From positions 43,772,001-43,836,000 of the forward strand of contig NW_027361728.1 of the NCBI RefSeq assembly GCF_039654945.1: a stretch of 64,000 bases of DNA, written 5' to 3'. Under the pieces are notes generated by a model. The model did not search any database. It was not told the DNA's origin and saw nothing but the letters and a program-made list of their open reading frames with translations. Position 1 is the first letter of the stretch. The number at the start of each line of letters is the position of its first letter. This document shows positions 24,303 through 34,953 of the stretch, one piece after another. Made by a program: the position numbers and the translations under genes. Origin of the DNA: Dendrobates tinctorius (taxonomy: Eukaryota).

Positions 24303-25631
24303 GTTCTATAACAGGTCAAAAATCGCAAACTGCTGTAAAAACAATTAGCTTATTAGCGTAATTTTCTTTTGGAGAATGGAGGGATTCTGATCCCCTCCCC
24401 CTGCATCTTAACATGCTTACCGGACTCCTTTGCAGTCCATCCACAGTGGACAGTCTCAGACAAGGTGATGAGCACTTACAAGTTCTTTCCAATGTAGCTT
24501 GTAAGCGCTGCTCTTGACTGTCCATCTTTGGTGTTCCTGTGCTCAATCAAGGATGCCAAGGCAAAGCTGAAAGAAAGGGCTAAAGGTTCATACCAGGGAA
24601 GTAATGATGCTGCTGGTCCAAACTGTCAGCCGAGCAGGACCACATCGGTCTGCAGGAAGCTGGTGGGCCGTGCTCTCTGAACCGGACTCATCGCCATTAG
24701 TCCGAACTCTTTGTTCCCCTGCAATGTTCTCACCAGCGAGAAGCGCCCTTTGTATATACGCAATCAGCTCTCTGGTCCCCATGGACACCCCCACTCTGTG
24801 AGTCGGAACAGTCTGTCATTTCAGAGTACCTTCATACAGCAATACATAAAAAAAAATGCAGGACTGGTAAGGATGTCCAGAGAGCAGAGCATGTAGTCAA
24901 GGTTCCTTTGTTGGTAGGGAGTTCAGGCTACTGACTTGGTTTGCTCATCACGCCAAGTACGGTACAGGGGCCATGACTGTGGTGAAAAATGGATGGCTGG
25001 GATCTAACTACTGTAATGGAGGTAGACAACATTTTTGCATTAAAACTGATCTACTGATGAAGCGGTAGGTAAATAATGAAAAGGAGGAATAAGGGCAGGA
25101 GTGGGCATGGGTCCAATGGGAGAGTCATTGGCTGGACTAGCATGATGTATTGGAAGGGTGAGGATGGCTGAGGGCCAACAAGCACGGATGAGAGGTAATG
25201 GGCCAGGGTAAGGGGAGGGTATGTTGGTGAGGAACCAAAAGGAATAGACAGAAAATGAGGGGTGACAATGGATGAGATCTGTAGCCTTGTGAGGGGTGGG
25301 TTGATGGGAACAATTGAGGAAATGAATCTAAAAGAAAATGGACATAAAAGAATGAAAGACAAATGTGTAAAGAATATTAAAAACTTGGCTGAACGCCATG
25401 AGGGAGCGGTGGGGGAATATAAACTGCATGTTTTTAAGACTACTGACACCGCTGGAGCGTCCTTGTGTCTACAACCCTAAGCACGGTAACGGTCTTGGGC
25501 GTCAGTCACTCATCGTGGGACACGTCCTAGTGCTGAGGCGGAGCACTGATCCATAGTCTGAGCTATTTACACATCAGTCTAGAAGTCAGGTCCTATTCTC
25601 ATCTGTTGTAAGTATCGGACTGGGTCATTAA

Positions 25632-26065
25632 AGGGAATCTGTCATTAGGTCAGTCTGTCCTAATAAAGTGATGGCTTGATATCTGATGCCTTCTGAGAAA
25701 TGCACGTTTTTCTCATATGTAAATGGACTTTAGGCCGGACATAAATAGAATTTGTCCCCCGTAACTTATTTTATCACGTGGGGTATTACCAGCGTGAGAC
25801 ATGTAGATCAGGAGAGCGGACTGTCGTTACATGTCACGCGCTGGTAACGCCTCCTTTTCATATATAATCCTCTCTGGAGGCAGATTCTCAGTGAGATCAA
25901 TGTCTGGTCCATAGCCTGGAATGGCTAACTTGCATATAAAGAAAAATGTGGATTTCTCAGGAATAAGACATCTGATCACAGATGTCAAGGTATCATTATA
26001 TTCAGCTTTCTAAGATCTACATACTCGTATATGGCTGAGGAGAGCTGATCTTACTGACATTCTCT
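25632..26065. mobile_element. T2/Kolobok-type MITE
   Basis: TTAA|AGGGAATCTGTCA ... TGACATTCTCT|TTAA with internal inverted similarity. Confidence 0.65.
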
Positions 26066-26198
26066 TTAAACTCTGGGGAGTTGAAACTAGGAAGATATAC
26101 TTTGTACCTCAAAGATCAATCTGTGTTCCATCTATGGTAACTAATGCATTGAACTGTTTTTATCCATTTGACTCTTAACTGACAGTTTACCTGCTTTA

Positions 26199-26401
26199 CG
26201 CCGGGGTCATGCAACTGCAATGCGAGAAACTCTCGCATCGATACCCGGCACTGCTGCCGGCGGATCAGACCGGAGAGTTCAGCTGTATAGGAATCCATGC
26301 AGCCGCACACTTCGGTCCTGAGTGCTGGCGGCAGTGCCGGGTATTGATGTGAGAGACTCGCACGAGTTTCTCGCTTTTTACTCGCAAGTGTGACCCAGGC
26401 C
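26199..26401. mobile_element. PIF/Harbinger-type palindromic MITE
   Basis: TTA TSD; GCCGGGGTCA / TGACCCAGGC termini; internal inverted arms (CCGGCACTGCTGCC / GGCGGCAGTGCCGG). Confidence 0.7.
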
Positions 26402-28709
26402 TTAGAGAGAGAATCCACCTGCATGACACCAGAGCAAAATCTAATTCGCTTTCTTGGAGGGTAGCCCGACAGAACTACTTTAAGACTGCATTTCCATGTG
26501 GGTATGAAGATCCCTGGCTATGACTAAATTCTGCTGTCAGTTATTAAATGGTCGCTGTCATTTTAAAAAAAGAGCATCAAATCTGTGGCTTATTGTGAAA
26601 TTGTAAAGCTATGGCCACTAGGTGTCTCCCTTCTGGGCTAGCTGCTGCTCCTGCCTGTTGTCAGGTGTGATCTGTCTCTCTCCAGAGGGACACGACGCAT
26701 TACAGTATAGGGGGCGTCATTCCAGGCCAGCGCTCTGCAGCTCTTATATACAGTGTTACCACCTCCTTATGACGCGCCCACACTTATTTCCTCATGTGTA
26801 TTCTACTTGTCACCACCTTTCTTATGGCGCAGAAGTAATTCCAGTTCATGCAGTGCATTATGGGAACCAAGGTAGGGGACCGTGGAGCACACGCGTTTGG
26901 CGAGGACTTCAGAAAGACCTCCATTGTCTGGAAGCTGGGGGGGCTAACAAGTAGCAGAATAACAGAGCTAACCTGTTGTATAGCAGCATGCAGTTTTTTT
27001 TACATTTGGACATAAATGACATGTACATTTAAAGGGGTTGTCTCATCTTATTGAATGAGTAATTACAATGGAGGGTGTACTGTTTGGGCCAGCGGCTCAG
27101 CCTTATGCACCCACAGTATGTGAGCTCTACACTGGCACAGTGGGTAAAACCACAGAGCCCTTCGAGTATGCTTATGGGCATGTTGGGGTTGCTTTTCCTC
27201 GCTTCATACTCTTTGCACATGCGGTATGTGCCGTGCAGTTTATTAGAGTCCAAAATAGAATTTTTGGAGGTTGAAGCGGCGTCTGTCACTGTGATGTTAT
27301 TGTGCCGGTATCTTCCATCGTTAGTATGTGGCAGCCTTCTTGTGACCAGTAGAGGCCACACCAGTGCGCTAGCAAGTCTTCCATGACTGCTTTTGGTAGG
27401 TACAAACCACCGCATAGCGAGTTCCTGCTGTTCTGGAAATGCTTTGCCCCAGTAGACTAGCCATCATGGCTTGGACATCTGCATTTACACTGCAAGAGGA
27501 CTGTGAGCGCGTTTTGTTTAAAAATGCCAAATTCAGGATTCTTTACGTGTAAACGGGCTGCAAATCTCTTGTTCATCAGGTGAAATGATCTTTTGAGCAG
27601 CGCAAAAAATAACCTGTTCTCAGTGGTGCATCAGTCTTGCACTGCAGAGAATAATGGCAGTCTATGCGCACTGAGCATCCTAGTATAGTCAGCTCAGTGC
27701 AGCGTGCAAACAGGTATTTAAACAACCACCGATTGTGGTATTATGCCATATAAACCTTTACCTTTACACTTGCCAATTTTTTTTTTTTTTGCTTTCAACA
27801 GCTCAACTTGGAAAAATTTGGTGTGTAGAGTGACCACGGTCATTAGAGAATTCCATTCCCTGCCTGATGTGAGTTGTATGCTCACAGAGGGCTGTGCGAT
27901 TGCCTCGCTGACTGGTCTGGTCTCCATAGTATACTGGGAAGTATGCCTCTTATTGAATTTGGCGCATTGTTCTCCAGCGAGCCCTTCTGCAACTGGTGTG
28001 GTCAATGTCGGCCCTAATGGCTCCGGCAGCTGGTTGGTGGAGGGAACTGGGTGTCAGACCACCACTGATCTGATGTCAATATATTCAGAGGTGGTCACAC
28101 ATTACCAGGTGTAGGAGCCAAGATTTCATTTTTTTTCTGCCGTAATACCCTTATACACTTTATGCAGGGAGCTCAAGAACCGTATAGCAAAAAAGAGCGC
28201 ATGTTTTACCTAAAGCTGCCACGGTCTTGCAATACTTTAATTTGTAGGGCAAAGCATACAATCCTGGAAGAAGCCTTTAGAAATCGGAGTGGGGGCACCT
28301 AGTGATGAGACACTTATCACTAACCCTGTCCCTTCAAACATTTCATAATTAAAGGGGTGGTCCGAAATACAAATTGCCTTACCTTAATTTTCATCCTAAA
28401 TCCCTATCTATTTAAATCTAAACTATTTTCCAATATAACTTAAAAATTCCCAATCCTTCCCTCACTACACTAACTGCTCTGCTCCACACCCTCTCTAATT
28501 ACTTTTTGATGGATCAACCGAGCACATTGTCAGAATACCCTGCATACAGAGACCAGTGACATCACTTTCCTGGGTAAAGTATAGGAGTAACCCCGGCACA
28601 CTAATAACATGAAAGTAAAGTCTTCTCAACGACAGTCTTTAATTGTTGTGATTTTATTGATTGTGAAAAAAAAGGGTGGTGTTACAATCCAAAAAAGGGT
28701 GGTGTTACA

Positions 28710-28751
28710 ATCCAACGTTTCAGCTCTACATCTCGAGCTTTCATCAGGGAT
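28710..28751 (-). ncRNA. Minimal type I hammerhead ribozyme motif
   Basis: Minus strand ATCC-CTGATGA-A-AGCTC-gagatgta-GAGCT-GAAAC-GTT-GGAT: helix I ATCC/GGAT, core CUGAUGA and GAAA, 5-bp helix II, palindromic loopless helix III (AACGTT). It is co-oriented with the PLE ORF. Confidence 0.75.
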
Positions 28752-29524
28752 ATGACTACAATATATACAATAAAAGAACAAAAATCAATAAATAAACTTT
28801 ATAAAGTATTATAAAACCAAAAATCTAGTGATAGGTGATACATAAGGTGGGGACAGTGTCATACAGCCTTTGTGAAGGTGTGTATGGATCTATAATGATG
28901 TGAGGCCAGTGAGTATGTATTGTGGTGTGATACAGTGAACATGTGAGAGGTTGAACAGAGGAATAGAGTGAAGGTGTAAGGAGTTGAAAAGCATGAATGT
29001 GTAGGTAGTGTTGAGAAAGGGCATTAGGGGACAGTGAAGTGGAGTGGGAATAAAGGTGAGGTCATCTAAGGAGGCAGTGTGTAAGGGGTGCTCTTGGAAA
29101 TGTTAAGGCATAAGGTATAAATACCTAGATCCTTGGTTTTGAGGTGTGTGTATAAGTGGTATAGGTTTGCCTTTGTAATCCAGCTGCTGGAACGGTACCT
29201 ATAGTAACCACTGAAAAAGGGTATAGGTTAAGGAATAGCAAGGTATATAGAAAGAAAAGATATAAAAGAAAGTTTTAGGGGTCACATACCGATGTGTAGG
29301 GTCAGCACGTGACTCCCGTCCTAAGGACAAAAAAGCAGGTCGATAAGCTGAGATGGAGAACGGAAACCCAGTCTATGAAGACTGTAGGGCACCATTACCT
29401 TGTGTCCTAAATCTAGTCAGGTGTGGAGGAGGCCGGAAGTGCATGTGGCTTAGTGCAGTGATGTTAAATACTGTCAAGCACTTCCTGATTGGGTGGGGAA
29501 GGGGCGGGAATGGGGGGAAGGGCC

Positions 29525-29790
29525 ATCGCCATCTTAGTGAGGTCAAAAATGTCTGAATGAATGTACTGAGCATGTGCAGGGCGGGGATAGAGAATGAGCA
29601 TGTTTTGACTTGACAGGAAGTGATGGTGGCAGTCGCCATCTTGGTAAGGTCAAAAAATGTCAGAATGAATGTACTGAGCATGTGCAGGGCGGGGATAGAG
29701 AATGAACATGTTTTGACTTGACAGGAAGTGATGTTGGCAGTCGCCATCTTGGTGAGGTCAAAATTGTCAGAATGAATGTACTGAGCAGGT
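29525..29790. promoter_or_regulatory. About 107-108 bp tandem repeat (about 2.5 copies) in the PLE pseudo-LTR, with YY1, ETS and GC-box motifs
   Basis: GCCATCTT (minus AAGATGGC, YY1-like) at 29528, 29635 and 29743; CAGGAAGTG and GGGCGGGG in the full units. Confidence 0.55.
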
Positions 29791-30147
29791 GCGAGCCATC
29801 CAGGAAGTGAAGTAAAAAAGGGAGGGTTGTGAGGAAATGTCACATGCATACAGGCGGCCATTTTAATGGTGGGACTGTGCTGAATTCATGCACGGTGATA
29901 ATTTCAGTGCTGGTTGTGCCTATCAGGTTTCAGAGAAACTTCCTTTTCCTGCCTAAAAACAAAGAAAGGTAATTAGAGCAAGGTTTACATACAAAGAGTA
30001 AAATGGCGTTCATATTAACACACTTATGTCAGAAATATCTCCTATAAACCAAAAAACGTTGTGTAGGAAAAGAACTTATTTGGTAGTGATTTTAAACTCC
30101 TGATGAAAAACAAAACTAATTCACTATGAAGTGGAATTTAGAAGGGA

Positions 30148-31611
30148 TTAATAATACATTTCAGATTCTCTATTGAGACCGTGTGGATGGAGGGTATTTA
30201 GGTGATATATCCAATACGCTTCACGCTCTTTGAGCGTTTGGATTTTATTACCCCCTCGTCTGGGTACAGGGATTTGTTCGATAACCTGAAATTTCAGTTG
30301 GCTTACAGAGTGTCTATTTTCCACAAAATGGGCAGGAATTGGTAAAAGTGTGTTCTCACACCGGATGGTTGATTTATGTTTGGAAATGCGGTCTTTCACA
30401 TGCTGGGTGGTTTCCCCAACGTATCCTAGGCCGCATGGGCATTTGATTAAATAGACGACAAAATTTGAGTTGCAGGTAAAATAGCCATTGATCTTGTACC
30501 GTTTGCCAGACCTCGGATGGGTGAATGAATCGCCTTTACTAACATTCGTGCATTGTGCGCAACCCAAACAAGAGAAGGTTCCGTTGCGCACCGTGCTAAA
30601 TGTCTTCTGCCTGAATGTCTTGAAGTGGGAGCCCACGTCGGCTCTAACCAAAGTGTTTTTTAGGTTCTGAGCCCGCTTATGGCAGATGAGAGGAGGATTT
30701 TGGAAATTTTCAATCCCCGGGTAAGCCTTTTCTAGTAGGGGCCAGTGTTCAAGGACTGCTTTTTTGATCAGAGGAGAGAACGGGTGATAGGTGTTGATGA
30801 ACTTAACCCTATTCTCTACATCACAGTCACGTTGGGTAATTCTGGTTTGTTGTTCAGCATTAAATTTGGGGTATCCTCTTGTTTGAAACTTTTCAGTCAT
30901 CTCGTCATGTCTCATTTGCCTGATATCAGGTTTTGAGACTATGCGGTCAATTCTGTCATGTTGGGATTTAGGTAGAGCTATCTTCACGTGTCTTGGGTGA
31001 CAACTGGACCAGTGTAGTAGACTATTACGGTCTGTAGGTTTGACGTAAAGGTCACTTGTAATGGTGCCAGAGTCAGTTTTAGAGATCATGGTGTCAAGGA
31101 AACTGACAGACTGTGTGTTGGAATGTGAGGTAAAGGTTAGGTTCGGTATACTCTGGTTGAGGTCATGTACAAAATCTGTGAGGCTATTGGTGTCACCTGT
31201 CCATACACAAAAGATGTCGTCTATGTATCTGAGCCAGGTAAGAGCATGTTTTCTATATAGATGATGTGTGTAGACAAAGTCAGCCTCAAATTTACACATG
31301 AAGATGTTAGTGTACGGGGGGGCTACATTCGCCCCCATCGCGGTACCCCGTGCCTGAAGGTAGAATTGGTCCTCAAAGAGGAAATAGTTGTTGTTGAGGA
31401 CCAATTTGAGTGTATCGGTACAGAACAATTTCTGGGGTTCGCTAAGAGAGGATTGTAAATCTAGGAACCATCTGACAGCCTCGATGCCAAGATCGTGATC
31501 TATACTAGTATATAGGCTGTTGACGTCTAGGCTGGCTAATAAACAAAAGGAAGGAATGTCATGGAGGGTTCTAACGTGGTTCAGAAAATCACCGGTGTCT
31601 GAGCCTGTCAT
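30148..31611 (-). CDS. Penelope-like reverse transcriptase + Cys linker + GIY-YIG endonuclease (N-truncated, 487-aa open frame)
   Basis: LDVNSLYTSI, YLQARGTAMGANVAPPY, WLRYIDDIF, VSFLD, LYVKPTD; CLGCAQC zinc linker; VVYLIKCPCGLGYVGETT..RISKH; REAYWI..LHPHGLN. Confidence 0.93.
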   Translation of the reverse strand: MTGSDTGDFLNHVRTLHDIPSFCLLASLDVNSLYTSIDHDLGIEAVRWFLDLQSSLSEPQKLFCTDTLKLVLNNNYFLFEDQFYLQARGTAMGANVAPPYTNIFMCKFEADFVYTHHLYRKHALTWLRYIDDIFCVWTGDTNSLTDFVHDLNQSIPNLTFTSHSNTQSVSFLDTMISKTDSGTITSDLYVKPTDRNSLLHWSSCHPRHVKIALPKSQHDRIDRIVSKPDIRQMRHDEMTEKFQTRGYPKFNAEQQTRITQRDCDVENRVKFINTYHPFSPLIKKAVLEHWPLLEKAYPGIENFQNPPLICHKRAQNLKNTLVRADVGSHFKTFRQKTFSTVRNGTFSCLGCAQCTNVSKGDSFTHPRSGKRYKINGYFTCNSNFVVYLIKCPCGLGYVGETTQHVKDRISKHKSTIRCENTLLPIPAHFVENRHSVSQLKFQVIEQIPVPRRGGNKIQTLKEREAYWIYHLNTLHPHGLNRESEMYY

Positions 31612-31977
31612 ATCTACTTTATATCACTTTCCTGGGTGGCACTGGTCTCTGCAAGCTGGGTATTCTGACAACATTGACAGTGCACTCTGTTGCAGGCTCC
31701 TTACTGATGATCTGAGCCAGTGAGAGCGCACTGTCATTGCACACATTGTTCAGGGACTAGCCCAGCCCTTGAAACGAAGGTCAGTCGTGATACTACTTCT
31801 CAGGTAGGGGGCATGTGGTGCAGGAATTACTGCAGCTTGTGCACCCGAATGACTCTTCATTTGAGTATCCCAGCATGCCCTGGTCATCAAATAGTAAGTA
31901 GGAAACAAAAAAGAAAAGCAGTTAGTTAGGGAATTTATGTAAACTATATTATAAAATAGTCGAGATTATGGCATTAA

Positions 31978-32396
31978 GGCTACTGTCACACTAGCGTCGG
32001 TACGGGCCCGTCGCTATGCGTCATGCCGACGTACCGACACACGTTGTGAAAGATTTGCACAACGGGGGCGGCGGATGCAGTTTTTCAACGCATCCGCTGC
32101 CCCATTGTAATGTCCGGGGAGGAGGGGGCGGACTTTCGGCCTCGTATGCGCTGTCGAAAATGGCGGACACGACGCACCAAAAAACGTTACATGTAACTTT
32201 TTTTTGTGCGTCGCGGCCGCCAAAACATGACTCATCCGTCACATGACAGATGCAACGTGTGGCCATACGTCGCAATTCGTCGCTAATGCAAGTCTATGGA
32301 GAAAAAACGCATCTAGGCAACTTTGCAGGATGCGTTTTTTCTCCAAAACGACGCATTGCAACGTGTACATCACACGACACTAGTGTGAAAGTAGCC
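31978..32396. mobile_element. PIF/Harbinger-type MITE
   Basis: TAA TSD; TIR GGCTACTGTCACACTAG / CTAGTGTGAAAGTAGCC. Confidence 0.88.
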
Positions 32397-33779
32397 TAAT
32401 TTGCATTTTGGACCACCCCTTTTAAAGTCGGTCACACACATTAGATGGCTATTGGCGGACTAATCTCGACTATTTCTTTTCTAAACCTGTGCGTTTGTTC
32501 GGCCGAGCACTCCTGCGTTCTCTGAGAAAGCCTTTTCCAGACGTATGGCGACAGCTTTGTTCGCTTGGATATGAGCCATTGGCAATCAGTAATCAGACAT
32601 AATCTCCACTGATGTTCCGATGTCAGGGGCCCCCATACACATTAGTCTGTCGGCCAATCCTGTCGCTATCAGCAGGTTAAGCTAATATTAGTGTAATATA
32701 TATATGGGAGCATAAAGGGAGTCTGTCCCCCTGTATTTGCAATGTAATCTGAGATCAGCATGTTGTAGAAACAGTGACCAGTGACTGATTCCAGCTGATT
32801 AGTGTTTTAATAAAATCAGTTTATCAGGTAGTCCTCCATATTAATGAGCTTTGTATAACCATGCCAACACCACTGGTGGCTTTATGGGTACATTGGTAGC
32901 TTTCTGCCCCTGTACAGTCGATTTGGGCAAGGGTTTTAAAGAACTCAGCAGCAGAGAAAACTGATCAAAACTATTATCAAAATGACAGCAAGTAGCCCAG
33001 TATGTGATACATTACTGGAATGAAGGTCTTTGTGCCCACATTATGCTACTCAGATTGGGTAGTAAAAACTTGGTGACAGATTCCCTGCTCCGCCTGCGAT
33101 TGCAAGGTTTTGTCCCTTGGACAATTTTGAGTGTTCCCGATAGATTTTTTTTTTTTTTTTTTCATGCTGATTTCAGAAATGACTTCAGCTTTTTCCTATC
33201 GCGTAAGGTTTTTGAGCAATGATACGAAATATTATGATCTGTTAAAATTCTGAAAACTCACATGAACTTTTTATAAAACAGTATATTCTGAATTTTCCAC
33301 TGAAATAACATAAATCGCTGATCTCCACATATGCAAGCACGTATTATGCGACTTCCGCGCAGGCACAGTGAATCATTTGGCTTACCTCTTGGGCAGGGGA
33401 GGAATCAAAAGGCAATACTGACATACTAAGAGCATTGCTGAATGGATCACGACATTCAATGCCATTCGCTGTCCCAATGATATGGAGAGATTGCTACTTC
33501 TGCCTTACAAATGTAACAGGATATTCAGCAAAGAACAAGAAATAAATAGAATATTCTAATCTTCCTTCAGCCATAAGACCAGTGCCACACGATGAAAGTC
33601 TTCGTGTTCCAAAGCCGCCCAAAGTATGAACAATAGAGGACAACGGAGATGAACTACCTTATTTTTTGGACTATAAGACGCACCTGTCTATAAGACGCAC
33701 CCAGATTGTAGAGGTGGAAAATAGGGAAAAAATATTTGAACTAAAAAGTGGTAAAATATTTAATAACATAAATAACATA

Positions 33780-34823
33780 CCGTATTTTCCGCTTTGTAAG
33801 ACGCACTTTTTTTCCCCCAAAATTGAGGGGAAAAAGGGGGTGCGTCTTACAAAGAGGATATACATTTGCGCTGCCACTGAGGGTACTTGCCGCGGCACTC
33901 TGTGCCCTGATGCTGCCGCTGCGCTGTCCGCCGCCACCGCCGCGCTCCTGTCCCCCGGTGGTTTCTTCCGCCCCACCGCCGCTGCCGCGCTCTGTCCCGT
34001 TCAGCGTGGGGGGTCTCTGTCGCTCCATGCCTGCTTTCTTCCTGGAAAATGGCCGCCGCGCATGCGCAGACGGACATCTCGGCACTGAAATCTCGGGAGA
34101 TGAGATTTCAGCGCTGAAATCTCATCTCCCGAGATTTCAGTGCCGAGATGTCCGTCTGCGCATGCGCGGCGGCCATTTTCCAGGAAGAAAGCAGGCATGG
34201 AGCGACAGAGACCCCCCACGCTGAACGGGACAGAGCGCGGCGGCGGCGGCGGGGCGGAAGAAACCACCGGGGGACAGGAGCGCGGCGGTGGCGGACAGCG
34301 CAGCGGCAGCATCAGGGCACAGAGTGCCGCGGCAAGTACCCTCAGAACGGGACAGAGCGCGGCGATGGCGGCAAACACCGGGGGATAGGAGCGTGGCGGT
34401 AAGAACCGGGGGACAGAGCGCGGTGGTGGCGGTAAGAACCGGGGGAGAGCGCGGCGGTGGTGGCAAGCAGGCACCGGGGGACAGCGTGGCGGTGGTGGCA
34501 AGCACTGGGGGACAGAGTGCGGCGGTGGTGGCAAGCAGGCACCGGGGGACAGAGCGTGGCGGTGGTGGCAAGCATCAGGGGACAGAGGGCGGCGGCAGTA
34601 ACAGACACCGGCAGCGGCACGCTGCACATCAAAACACCCCCTCATCCCAGCAGCAATGTTCCACTCCGGCCTCCTCCATCACCACCCCTGGAAAGCAATA
34701 AGACGCATGGATTATAAGATGCACCACCATTTTATTAAAAATAAAGTTTTTTTTCCTATTTTTCTCCTCAAAATTTGGGGTGCGTCTTATAATCCGGAGC
34801 GTCTTATAAAGCGAAAAATACGG
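33780..34823. mobile_element. Non-autonomous Tc2/pogo-like element (inner) containing a long palindrome
   Basis: TA|CCGTATTTTCCGCTTTGTAAGACGC ... GCGTCTTATAAAGCGAAAAATACGG|TA. Confidence 0.85.
33877..34345. repeat. Near-perfect spacerless GC-rich palindrome
   Basis: Centre TTCAGC|GCTGAA at 34112/34113; arms differ by about 2 substitutions and one 3-bp indel. Confidence 0.95.
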
Positions 34824-34825
34824 TA

Positions 34826-34953
34826 NNNNNNNNNNNNNNNNNNNNNNNNNNNNNNNNNNNNNNNNNNNNNNNNNNNNNNNNNNNNNNNNNNNNNNNNNNN
34901 NNNNNNNNNNNNNNNNNNNNNNNNNNNNNNNNNNNNNNNNNNNNNNNNNNNNN
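34826..34953. other. Assembly gap
   Basis: Run of N. Confidence 1.

Larger units (their letters stand above)
28576..31622 (-). mobile_element. Penelope-like retroelement (Neptune-type), 5'-truncated, with 3' pseudo-LTR
   Basis: 15-bp TSD ATCACTTTCCTGGGT at 28561-28575 and 31623-31637; RT+GIY-YIG ORF; hammerhead motif near the 3' end. Confidence 0.93.
28353..32421. mobile_element. T2/Kolobok-type palindromic MITE split by a Penelope-like element and a Harbinger MITE
   Basis: TTAA|AGGGGTGGTCC ... GGACCACCCCT(T)|TTAA; inner arms TGTCAGAATACCC..CAGAGACCAGTG (28528-28558) and CACTGGTCTCTG..GGGTATTCTGACA (31640-31670). Confidence 0.8.

Noticed and set aside
29066-29124. Third intron in the PLE pseudo-LTR
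   Set aside because: The donor is plausible, but this acceptor gives only 59 nt, below the usual vertebrate minimum; the true acceptor is unresolved.
33666-34717. Mirror-image ORFs on both strands
   Set aside because: Consequence of the GC-rich palindrome; the same applies to 57935-58412.
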